From Thecamonas trahens ATCC 50062 (Eukaryota; Protista; Apusomonadida), in NCBI RefSeq assembly GCF_000142905.1, contig NW_013657628.1, positions 122,553-166,516 of the forward strand: a DNA stretch of 43,964 nucleotides, read 5' to 3'. This document shows positions 20,766 through 30,033 of this stretch, piece by piece. Both the position numbers and the translations under genes were made by a program. The first letter of the stretch is position 1. Each line of letters opens with the position of its first letter. Below the pieces are notes generated by a model. The model was not told the origin of the DNA and searched no databases. It was given only the letters and a program-made list of their open reading frames with translations.

Positions 20766-23700
20766 CTAGTACTTGGGCTCGTCGTCGTTGTCGTTGTACT
20801 GCGGAGACGACGGCGAGTAGGCTGCGCCGGGCGATGCGTCGTACGTCGGTGATGTCGGCGAGTAAACCGGCGACGTTGGCGACGCGCCATACGCCGGCGA
20901 TGACGGCGAGTAGACCGGCGACGTTGGCGATGCTCCGTAGGTCGGCGACGACGGCGAGTAGACCGGCGACGTTGGCGACGCGCCGTAGGTCGGCGACGTC
21001 GGAGAGTATGTCGGCGACGTCGGCGAGGCACCATAGGCAGGCGACGACGGCGAGTACGACGGTGACGTCGGCGAGGCACCATAGGCAGGCGACGACGGCG
21101 AGTACGATGGCGACGTCGGCGAGGCACCATAGGCAGGCGACGACGGCGAGTACGACGGCGACGTCGGCGAGGCACCATAGGCGGGCGACGTCGGCGAGTA
21201 CGACGGCGACGTCGGCGAGGCACCATAGGCGGGCGACGTCGGCGAGTACGACGGCGATGTCGGTGACGCGCCATACGCCGGCGACGTCGGCGAGTACGAC
21301 GGCGACGTCGGCGAGCCGGCGCCATAGGCAGGCGACGTCGGCGAGTACGAAGGCGACGTCGGCGAGCCGGCACCATACGCCGGAGAAGTCGGCGAGTATG
21401 CCGGCGACGTTGGCGAGCCAGCACCATACGCCGGCGACGTCGGCGAGTACGCTGGCGAGGCCGGCGAGCCAGCGCCATACGCCGGCGACGTCGGCGAGTA
21501 GGCCGGCGAAGCCGGCGACTGGAAGGCCGGCGACGACGGGGTGTATGCCGGCGACGCCGGCGAGAGGCCCGGTGACGCCGGTGCCGGCGAAAAGCCAGCG
21601 CCAGCCGGCGAGAAGCCAGCGCCGGCCGGCGAGAAGCCCGCGCCGCCAGGCGAAAAGGTGGCCGGCGAGAACGAGCCGCCCGCAGCCGGCGACCAGCCGC
21701 CAGCCGCGGCCGGCGAGAGCATGCCGCCAGCAGCGTAGGGGGTGGCAGCGGCAAAGCCGTCGCCCGGTGACATGGGCACGTACTGCAGCGCGTCACCCGA
21801 GTCGGCGAGGACCGAGACCTCGACAGCGTCAGCGAGCTTGGACTCGTCGAGGAAGAGGTCAAAGGCGCCGGTGCCGATGCGCGGCAGGTTGCCCATGATG
21901 ATAGCCTCGGAGACGCCGGCAAGCGGGTCGACCTCGCCCATGGCAGCAGCGAGCATGAGGACGTCGGTCGTCTCCTCGAACGAACACCGCATGAGCGCGC
22001 CGTTCTCCACGCGGTTGGTACCGTGACGAGTAATGGGCAGCAGCTCACCGCGGTAGGTCATGACGTCGGAGAGGAGGGCGAGGTGGCGATAGTTGACGTA
22101 CGAGCCACCAAACGAAATGACGTGGTGCAGCTCGTGGAAGAGAGCCTGGCGGGCAGCCTCGATGCCGAGCACCTGGATGACTTCGACCACCGAGTTGGAG
22201 GTCGTCCGGGTAGCGTCGACGGCGGGGTGCGCAAGCAGCCGCTGGAGGTCGACGCCCTCGGTCTCGAGGTAGTTCTCGGTCCGCTTGTCGTACGTTCCGG
22301 TCTCCGGATCCTCAATCATGATCTCCTGCGAGGTGAGGAAGACCTTCTTGAACTCGCGGAAGCCCTTGACGCGGATGATGGAGAGGAGCGTCGACTGGAT
22401 GTTGGTGAGCAGGATGTTGTCCCGCATCGCCTCCTCCTTACCGCTCTCCGACGAGTCGACCTGGAACCGGACGCGGACCACGAGCGGGTCGGCCGTGTCG
22501 GGCGTGGTGATGACGTGGAGCGAGACAAACTCGCGGTTGAGAGCAGCCTCGACGTCCTTGACCTTGAGCGACTTTTTGGAGAGCTCCTCGCGCGAGAGCA
22601 CAATGCGGAGAAGCCACGGCGACATGATCTCGTCCTCGGGCATGTCCTCCAGCCCATAGTAGTCGGTCACAAACTGGCGGTCCTCCTCCACAACGGTGTT
22701 GAGCGGGTCCGGATCGAACCAAATCTCGGTGCGGTCGGTGACGTGCCCGAGTGTGGTGTTCTGCAGCTCGTGGAGAACAGCCTTGGCAGCGTCTTGGTCA
22801 AAAGCAATGTGCTCGGCGAGAAAGACCGTGTTCGACGGCGTCCGGTTTGCCTTGGCCACGTTGATCAGCTCCTCCAGCCGCGGGACACCGAGCGTTACGT
22901 TCTTGGCGGAGACACCGGCAAAGTGGAAGGTGTTGAGCGTCATCTGCGTTGCCGGCTCACCGATCGACTGCGCCGCAAGCGCGCCGACCATCTCGCCCGG
23001 GTGGGCAATAGTGGTTAGGAACTTGGTCCGAATCTCACCGAGGAGCCACTCAAAGGCGGCCGACGAGAGCTTGTACTCGCGGAGCACGCGCTTTGAGGCG
23101 AGTGTGGCACGGACGTGCGCCTTGAACAGCATGGTCGCGTTCGCCTGCGCCTCGCGGGTAATGGGGTCGTCGCCGCGGCAGACAACAAGGTCGTCGAGGA
23201 GCGAGCGGACACCGGTGATGATGTCGTGCGGCGAGAGGTCCGAGACCGACGACGGCGACGAGTGGATCTTCTGCGCGTTCCAGATGAGCCGCTTGAGGTT
23301 GACCGGGAGGACGATGCGGACCGAGCCCGAGGCCATGATGCCCATGTCGGTCGTCGAGACGCAGACGCGGCGAAGCATGTCGCGGTCGGCGGCAATGGTG
23401 TTGAACTCGTCCTTGAGCTCCTCGCGGAGCGCGCGCGACTCCTTGAGCTCGTTCCACACTTGCGGCGTGGTATACCGCGCCATCTCTTCGTTCGAGGTGT
23501 TGATCGAGTACACCGCGTGCAGCCTCTCGTTGGTCATCATGGCCGAGTCGAGGAACTGGTGCTCGAGGAGCGTTGCCTCCATGCCGTCCTCGCCGTAGAG
23601 GAACTGGATGACCACGCCCTGCGCGTTGCGCACCGTCGAGTCGTACTGCACCATCAGCGACTCCATGGCCTTGACCAGCCGCCGCTGGACGTAACCGGTC

Positions 23701-26231
23701 TTGGCTGTCTTGACCGCCGTATCGATGAGACCCTCGCGGCCACCCATGGCGTGAAAGTAGAACTCCTGCGGCGTGAGGCCCTTGAGGTACGAGTTGGTGA
23801 CAAAACCGCGCGACTCGGGTCCGTAGTCGTCCTTGTGAAAGTGCGGGAGGGTGCGGCCGACAAAGCCGTAGGGAATGCGCTTGCCCTCCACGTTCTGCTG
23901 GCCCACACACGCCACCATCTGCCCAATGTTGATCGAAGAACCCTTGGAGCCACCGTCGACCATGATCTTAACCCGGTTGTCGGCCCGGAGCGAGAGACCG
24001 GCCGACGTGCCACCCTGGCCAGAGGCAATGTTGAGCGTGCTGTTGACCTCGGCCTCAAACGTCTCGCGCATGGTCATGCCTGGCTTAGAGACGAGCTTGC
24101 CTTGCTGCGCGTCGTGGATGAGCTCGCGGACCTTGACCTTGGCGTCCTTCAGCAGCTGGTGGATGTTGGCCATGGTCCGGTCGTCCGCAACCATGTCGCC
24201 GATGCCGACCGAGAAGGCGTGCTGGCAGAGCCAGTTGTTGACCACCCGCTGGATGGCGTCGAGGAACGACCGCGCCGCCTCGGGGCCGTGCTCGATCCAC
24301 ACCAGATGGATGAGCCCGTTCGCCTTGTTACCCACAGTCTTCTTACACAGCCGGCCCGAGAGGTGGACGCCGGCCTCGATGAGCACCTTGGTGTCGGTCG
24401 GCGAAATCGGCCCCTCAGCCTTGTCCGGCGCCGTGCCAGACTTGGTCCTCAGGTTGACGTTCGGCATGATGAGCGAAAACAGCTGCTTGCCGGTCCACAG
24501 CGGCTTGGGCTTGAGAATCGCCGGCGTGGGAATGCGCCCGTCCCAGTCGGGCACCCACATGAGCAGGTTCATCACCAGGTCGCGCTCCATAAACGTGTCG
24601 CGAGAAGTGAACAGGTACGTCCCGAGCAGCGTGTCCTGCACAATGCCCATGACCGGCCGGTTCGACGCAGGCGTCACAATGTTCTTGGGCACCATCATGA
24701 TCTCCATGACCTCCGCCTTGGCCCCCAGCGACTGTGGGACGTGCAGGTTCATCTCGTCACCGTCGAAATCGGCGTTGTACGGCGTCGTCACAGAGAGGTT
24801 GAGCCGGAACGTCGAGTACGGCATGACCTTGATCTTGTGGCCCATCATCGACATCTTGTGCAGCGACGGCTGCCGGTTAAAGACCACCACGTCGCCGTCG
24901 CGCACATGCCGCTCCACCACGTAGCCCGGCGCAAGAACAAGGTCGGTCTCGCGCGAGATGTACCGCAGATCAAGTTTGGTCCCGTCGTCGCGGATGATCG
25001 TCTTGGCGCCCGGATACGCGTCAGGCCCGTTCTCAAACGAGTTGCGGACGAGCGCCATGAGCGACTCGCGGTTAAAGGCCGTCACGTACTCGGGGAACGT
25101 CAGGTTCGCCGCAATCGATCGCGGCACGCCGACCTGGTCCACGTTGAGGTTCGGGTCCGGCGTAATGACCGTACGCGCCGAAAAGTCCACGCGCTTGCCC
25201 ATGAGGTTGCCGCGGACGCGGCCCTCCTTGCCTTTGAGCCGCTCGGAAATGGTCTTGAGCGGCCGGCCCGACCGGTTCTCGGCCGGCGCAAACGCCGGCG
25301 ACGTGTTCGAGATGTACGTCCCCGTGTGGTGCTGCAGGAGGTCCACAAACTCGTTGATCACGTTCTGCGGCGAGCCGTTGATAATCTGCGTGCTCAGCGT
25401 CTTGTTCGCCTTGATGATCTCCGCCAGCGCGAGCGTCAGGTCGTCTTCGTTCCGCTGTGTCGACGACATCATCACATGCGGCCGGACCGCAGGCGGCGGG
25501 ATCGGCATGACCGTCGTGATGAGCCACTCCGGCCGCGCCCACTTGGGCGAGAGGCCCATCGCCAGGCAATCCTTATCCGAGATCCGCGCAAAGATCTCGC
25601 GCACCTGCTCGGCAGACATCCGCGTCTTGCGCGTCCCGATGTCACCCTGCCCGCGCGCCTTGTCCGACCCGTACGTTGCACGGATCTTGATCCCATCGCG
25701 CCGGTAGGTCGGCTGGTAGTTGCCGCATCCCTTGTGGACCGGCGACGTCTCGGAGGTCGGAATCGAGTCCTCCGTCGCGCCCGACGGGCACCGCGTCACC
25801 GTCGAGCACAGGGTCGAGAGCAGAAACAGCCGGTCCTGCGGCTGCTCCGCCCGGTCCAGGCTCGCCTTGTACTTGACGTCGTTGACGTCGATCAGCAGCC
25901 GCGAGCAGTTGACGCACACGCACCGCAGAATCTTGAGCACATAGTTGATAAAGCCAAGGTGGTAGACTGCCTTGGAGAGGTCGAGGTGGCCAAAGTGTCC
26001 CGGGCAGTGTGGATGGTCCTGCCCGCACGTCTGGCATTTGACACCAAAGTCGATGGTGCCCAACCGCGGGTCGGAGAGGCCTCCCTTACGCGGCTTGCCG
26101 TTCACCCACGTATCCGGCTGGTCAATGAGCGCCACAGAAGACTCACGGATGGCCTCTGGCGAGAGGACCCCAAACTGGAGCCGGCTCACTGTCTTGAGCG
26201 GTTGCGGAGACGGCTCGAACAGGTACGCCAT
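20766..26231 (-). CDS. RPB1: RNA polymerase II largest subunit
   Basis: NADFDGDEMN active site, CPGHFGH Zn site, GKRVDFSAR, EPATQMTLNTFH, CTD repeats. Confidence 0.99.
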   Translation of the reverse strand: MAYLFEPSPQPLKTVSRLQFGVLSPEAIRESSVALIDQPDTWVNGKPRKGGLSDPRLGTIDFGVKCQTCGQDHPHCPGHFGHLDLSKAVYHLGFINYVLKILRCVCVNCSRLLIDVNDVKYKASLDRAEQPQDRLFLLSTLCSTVTRCPSGATEDSIPTSETSPVHKGCGNYQPTYRRDGIKIRATYGSDKARGQGDIGTRKTRMSAEQVREIFARISDKDCLAMGLSPKWARPEWLITTVMPIPPPAVRPHVMMSSTQRNEDDLTLALAEIIKANKTLSTQIINGSPQNVINEFVDLLQHHTGTYISNTSPAFAPAENRSGRPLKTISERLKGKEGRVRGNLMGKRVDFSARTVITPDPNLNVDQVGVPRSIAANLTFPEYVTAFNRESLMALVRNSFENGPDAYPGAKTIIRDDGTKLDLRYISRETDLVLAPGYVVERHVRDGDVVVFNRQPSLHKMSMMGHKIKVMPYSTFRLNLSVTTPYNADFDGDEMNLHVPQSLGAKAEVMEIMMVPKNIVTPASNRPVMGIVQDTLLGTYLFTSRDTFMERDLVMNLLMWVPDWDGRIPTPAILKPKPLWTGKQLFSLIMPNVNLRTKSGTAPDKAEGPISPTDTKVLIEAGVHLSGRLCKKTVGNKANGLIHLVWIEHGPEAARSFLDAIQRVVNNWLCQHAFSVGIGDMVADDRTMANIHQLLKDAKVKVRELIHDAQQGKLVSKPGMTMRETFEAEVNSTLNIASGQGGTSAGLSLRADNRVKIMVDGGSKGSSINIGQMVACVGQQNVEGKRIPYGFVGRTLPHFHKDDYGPESRGFVTNSYLKGLTPQEFYFHAMGGREGLIDTAVKTAKTGYVQRRLVKAMESLMVQYDSTVRNAQGVVIQFLYGEDGMEATLLEHQFLDSAMMTNERLHAVYSINTSNEEMARYTTPQVWNELKESRALREELKDEFNTIAADRDMLRRVCVSTTDMGIMASGSVRIVLPVNLKRLIWNAQKIHSSPSSVSDLSPHDIITGVRSLLDDLVVCRGDDPITREAQANATMLFKAHVRATLASKRVLREYKLSSAAFEWLLGEIRTKFLTTIAHPGEMVGALAAQSIGEPATQMTLNTFHFAGVSAKNVTLGVPRLEELINVAKANRTPSNTVFLAEHIAFDQDAAKAVLHELQNTTLGHVTDRTEIWFDPDPLNTVVEEDRQFVTDYYGLEDMPEDEIMSPWLLRIVLSREELSKKSLKVKDVEAALNREFVSLHVITTPDTADPLVVRVRFQVDSSESGKEEAMRDNILLTNIQSTLLSIIRVKGFREFKKVFLTSQEIMIEDPETGTYDKRTENYLETEGVDLQRLLAHPAVDATRTTSNSVVEVIQVLGIEAARQALFHELHHVISFGGSYVNYRHLALLSDVMTYRGELLPITRHGTNRVENGALMRCSFEETTDVLMLAAAMGEVDPLAGVSEAIIMGNLPRIGTGAFDLFLDESKLADAVEVSVLADSGDALQYVPMSPGDGFAAATPYAAGGMLSPAAAGGWSPAAGGSFSPATFSPGGAGFSPAGAGFSPAGAGFSPAPASPGLSPASPAYTPSSPAFQSPASPAYSPTSPAYGAGSPASPAYSPTSPAYGAGSPTSPAYSPTSPAYGAGSPTSPSYSPTSPAYGAGSPTSPSYSPTSPAYGASPTSPSYSPTSPAYGASPTSPSYSPTSPAYGASPTSPSYSPSSPAYGASPTSPSYSPSSPAYGASPTSPSYSPSSPAYGASPTSPTYSPTSPTYGASPTSPVYSPSSPTYGASPTSPVYSPSSPAYGASPTSPVYSPTSPTYDASPGAAYSPSSPQYNDNDDEPKY
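20790..21560 (-). repeat. RPB1 CTD tandem repeat (48-51 nt units)
   Basis: Encodes YSPTSPA alternating with YGA(G)SPTSPS. Confidence 0.95.
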
Positions 26232-26590
26232 CTACTCCACAAGCCCAACACACCCCATTCCAGTCCATTGTCCAACACCAGGCCAGTATCAGTATCATCA
26301 TACTTCCATCGTCAGTCTCGCTACCCATGTCCGTCGTCCCCTCCCCCTCCCCCCTCCCTCCCCTCCTCCCCCACCCCCTCCCCCCCTCCTCTATGCCGCC
26401 AAACCAAAAAATGCATCCGTCGGCCCTCTCCACACACAGCCCCCCCCTCCTCTGAACATGCCCCTCCACAGCAAGCCCTGCCACCCCCAACCTCCATGCA
26501 AGTCTACCAACTCCCACCTTGTACATCTATGTACATGGTGGGGGTAATGGTTTCAACTGCATACCTTTCCTGCTCACGAGACAACCGTAC

Positions 26591-27005
26591 AAAAGGTCGC
26601 CTCGTCCCTCCCAGCCCCGTAGCCGCTTTCGCCGCCAGCGCCAATGCGACTCGACGCCCAATCGATGGCTTGGGGCGGGGGGGGGGGGGGGGGGTGGGGG
26701 AGGGAGGGGGAGGTGAGTGGGTCCAAAAAGGTCGTGTTTTGGGCGCCACACGCAGCGGGGCTGCCGACTGGCGGTTCCCATGGGGGGTCTAGGGCATGCT
26801 CTGGTAATGCTCTAATCCCATTGTCAAGACATATGTTCTGACCGACATGTAGAAGAGGTCAATGCATGGTTGGAGGGCTTGGGGACGCATAGGTGCTGCC
26901 GGGAGGAGGTGCGCGTGGGGGTGGGGCGGTGCGGAGGAACCATAGTCGGAATCACGACCTTTTTAGGGTGAGCCGCCATTCTGCGACCCTTTTCGGACGC
27001 CGACT
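26591..27005. repeat. nested inverted repeats, possible structured RNA or DNA element
   Basis: aaaaaggtcgtg 26725-26736 / cacgaccttttt 26953-26964; ccgact 26764-26769 / agtcgg 26944-26949; ggttcc 26773-26778 / ggaacc 26936-26941; aaaaggtcgc 26591-26600 / gcgaccctttt 26983-26993. Confidence 0.6.
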
Positions 27006-27081
27006 GGGGGCTTGGCCACCGGGGGGTATGAGCAAGGAGAGAGTTCCGGGGGATAGGGAGGAGGAAAGACGTGGCACATAC

Positions 27082-27156
27082 CTGAAGCTGGTCGACGGGG
27101 AGCGGGCCAAAAGCCTCCTCCTCATCATACTGCTGCTGCTCCTCCTGTGCGGACAT
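27082..27156 (-). CDS. RAD51: RAD51 first coding exon (orphan, out of order)
   Basis: MSAQEEQQQYDEEEAFGPLPVDQLQ then CAG|GTATGT phase-0 donor; start context cacaccATG; matches the RAD51 N-terminal EEE.FGP.P...L motif. Confidence 0.85.
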
Positions 27157-27547
27157 GGTGTGGTGTGCGGTGGCTGTGGCTCGGGCGAGTCAAGTGTAGC
27201 GACAACGACTTTGATCGACACGATCTCGTTCAACTCTACGAAACAGGCCAACGGTACCGGACAATCGGAGCCGTTCCCTCGTCCGCACTCAAGGGTCCCG
27301 GCCGTGCCTGCCAGGGTCCAGTACCCGAACAGGCAAGCCCGCCTTGCCTGGTCTGCGGCCTGGCCTTCGCGTTGCCAGGCATGGTCAAGGTCGCGGCAAG
27401 CCCGTACCCCTCGGCCTCGCTCCGTGTCCCAGACCGTATCCCCGGGCTTCTCACGCCAGGCAGGTCGGCAACTCGGCGTGGGACATTCATTTCCGCTTGT
27501 CGAGCTGGGCTGGCTTGAACAGGGTCGGCATCGCGTGTCCACCACCA

Positions 27548-29089
27548 TCACCTGTTGGTAGCAGGCGCAGCAAGGCTAACAGCGGCGGCGCCATCAACCA
27601 GCCAGGTTGGATTAGCGGCAGCTGGATCACCAGCCCATGGGCTTACCGACTTGCAGAGTCGGAAGATCAAAGCCGGATCTTCAAATACCTGCTGGTGGTG
27701 GAGGAAGAGAATGAGCGCCACGCATGCGGCCTCGACCAGCTCGCACGCATCGTCATCCGTGTCGGCAGTGATGACCGCGTCCAGAAGCGCTAGCGTTGCC
27801 AAGCCTGGCAGCTCGTCGAGCCACATCAGCTTGAGCCACCGTGGGAGGAGGACAACCAGGTCGAGGCCAGCGGCCTCGAGTGCACTCGCAACCGCAGCGC
27901 CAGGTCCGGACGCGACGACACGCGCGGTGACACGCTCGGTCACCACCATCGACGCCTGGCGAAACGCGGCCAGCCGATCTAGGACATGACCAACTACAAG
28001 GTCCAGCTCGGCCACCACAGCAGGTGCAAGCGCATTCGCCACACAGCATGTCGCCTCGCTGCTGTCAAGCGAGTGCGGACCAAGCACCCTCCCATCGAGT
28101 GCCACAAACATGATAGCCGCCACAGGCATGGCCAGGGCTTGCGAGTACCCGTCGTCAGGGCGGGTCTTCACATACCGCTCAATCAAACCACGATGCAACG
28201 CTCGCGCCTGCGGCGTGTGCAGCCAGCGCGCACCGCGGAGCGTCCGCGGCAAGTCGGCGTCAAGCATGGCAGCGAGATGCGGGTGCTCGTCGCCGGCGGC
28301 GTCGCTGTCTGCGACTCGCTGCCGCCTGCTACTGCTTGCCCGTCGCGCTGCTGCCACCCAATCTGCCCAGTAGCCATCAGTTGACAGTGGGCGGGTGGGC
28401 GAGGGAAAGCCACCCTCGTCGAGCCCATCGTGAAGCAGCTCAATAATCCGTGCCCGAGCGAGCACCTGAGTCTCTGCACCCGACGAGCGGATGGGATACG
28501 GAATGGCGCGCGCCGCCGCCAGCAGCTCGTCGATGCCAGCTTTTGCTAGCGGCTCGCCATAACCAGCCCATACAACCTCGCACCATGCCAGGCCACCACG
28601 AGCCAGGCCGGCGTCGAGCGAGCGAATCCGGGCATCCACGCTAGCGAGCAGGCCATCAAAGGCCTTGACAGTAGGATCACTCGCCACTTTGATGTGAGCA
28701 AGGAGCGAGCGAAGGGAGGGCGGCGGCTGGAGCGCCCAGCGCAGAAAACCGAGCGAAGCAAGCAGCGGCGAGGCGGTCAGCTCGTCAAAGTATGTCTGGA
28801 GTGCGCGAGATCTGGTGGCGATAAAGGCCGCGGCCTTGTTGCGAAAGTAGCGCTTGGGAGGAAAGACCGGGAGGAGCGATCGGTGATCGAGCGTGAGCAT
28901 CTTGTTCAGAGCAGAGTGCAGAGCAAGCAGCTCGGAGAAGCGTCGATGGATGTGCCATGACGACGGGATGCCCGTCAGGCAGTCGACGTCCGAGACTCGC
29001 AGCCGATACACGGTTGGCCCGTCCCGAGTTACCTCGGCAGCCACAACTCGGACAGAAAGCGCTCCCTGTGGTACTCCCTGCGACAACAT
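27548..29089 (-). CDS. PX domain plus Rab-GAP TBC domain protein
   Basis: PX: TVYRL..HRRFSELLALH..LPVFPPKRYF..RSRALQTYF; TBC: DADLPRT (R finger), YSQ (Q finger), LLPRWLKLMW. Confidence 0.8.
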   Translation of the reverse strand: MLSQGVPQGALSVRVVAAEVTRDGPTVYRLRVSDVDCLTGIPSSWHIHRRFSELLALHSALNKMLTLDHRSLLPVFPPKRYFRNKAAAFIATRSRALQTYFDELTASPLLASLGFLRWALQPPPSLRSLLAHIKVASDPTVKAFDGLLASVDARIRSLDAGLARGGLAWCEVVWAGYGEPLAKAGIDELLAAARAIPYPIRSSGAETQVLARARIIELLHDGLDEGGFPSPTRPLSTDGYWADWVAAARRASSSRRQRVADSDAAGDEHPHLAAMLDADLPRTLRGARWLHTPQARALHRGLIERYVKTRPDDGYSQALAMPVAAIMFVALDGRVLGPHSLDSSEATCCVANALAPAVVAELDLVVGHVLDRLAAFRQASMVVTERVTARVVASGPGAAVASALEAAGLDLVVLLPRWLKLMWLDELPGLATLALLDAVITADTDDDACELVEAACVALILFLHHQQVFEDPALIFRLCKSVSPWAGDPAAANPTWLVDGAAAVSLAAPATNR

Positions 29090-30033
29090 ACCCGCCAAGC
29101 CTCTCGCTCTACCCGCTCGAGCTGTTGAGGGGAGACGGTATTAGAGTGCGGTAGGGAAGGTTGTCACCGGCTGGCGGCTGGCGGCTGGCAGTCAGGTCAG
29201 GCAGGGCTGGCGCAGGCTGTGAGCGGGTATAGGGAGGCAGCAGATCTGACAGTGATGACGGCTATGACTGCGATACGTTTTATGTACGCCTGATGCAAAA
29301 TTGCTTGCCATATGTCTCTTGAAGTAGCTGCTTTTGATACCGTTTGACCTGTACTTGCTTGCTGGGAGTAACGGGGGGGGGGGGTGGCTTCCTATGGCTT
29401 GATCTTTTAGTTTACCTGATCGTATTGTTGTTGCTTTTTTGGCTGCAGACGGAGAAGTACAGCTGTACGGAGCACTTGCAAGGGATGACATTGTAAGATC
29501 AAAGTTGAAGCTGTGCCTTTTGCTGTAAGCAGTTACTGAATGTATTCAAAGTATCATGGGTATACTTATCAGCACTTGCAACCAACCGATGCAGCTCGCT
29601 CCGCAAGTGGGCAAAATACACAACTCCCGCTTGCCGCCCAGCCCCTCGACTCGGCTACCTCTTTGCAAACCCTTGATTCCCTTCCTCGTCCTCATCACAC
29701 TCCATCCACTACTATCCCCTTCTCTCACACTGTGCCATCTACCAACTCTTTGCCTTTTTCTCATCCATCCACCCTCTCATGGAGCCTTAGACAGAGAACC
29801 ACCAACCTGTACACGCCATAGCTCCCGTCAAAAAAACCCGTTGATGATTCGACTGTTAGTCATCCCTCGTGGAAGACGTGGCAAGACAGCAGCACCTCAC
29901 CCTCTTCACGCCTCACCCCTCGCTACCTGTGGAAAAGACTACCATTTGTGGGTTACATAGCAAAGTGGGGTTTGTGCCTGTCGGTGTGTGCCATACAAGT
30001 TGAAGAAGTGTGTGTTGTCTGGTTTCCAACGGT

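Noticed and set aside
20834-21560. CRISPR-like regular repeats
   Set aside because: Coding CTD tandem repeats without unique spacers, in a eukaryotic context
23115-26792. 1225-aa plus-strand ORF and other long antisense or alternate-frame ORFs
   Set aside because: Shadow ORFs of GC-rich coding sequence (RPB1 and others), no motifs
26955-26995. Telomerase RNA (minus-strand CTCACCCTAA next to a hairpin)
   Set aside because: Only ACCCTAA matches a TTAGGG template, too short for about 1.5 repeats; no clear pseudoknot or CR4/5 domain
29250-29295. Box C/D snoRNA (GTGATGA...CTGA)
   Set aside because: Only about 45 nt, negligible terminal stem, no recognisable guide
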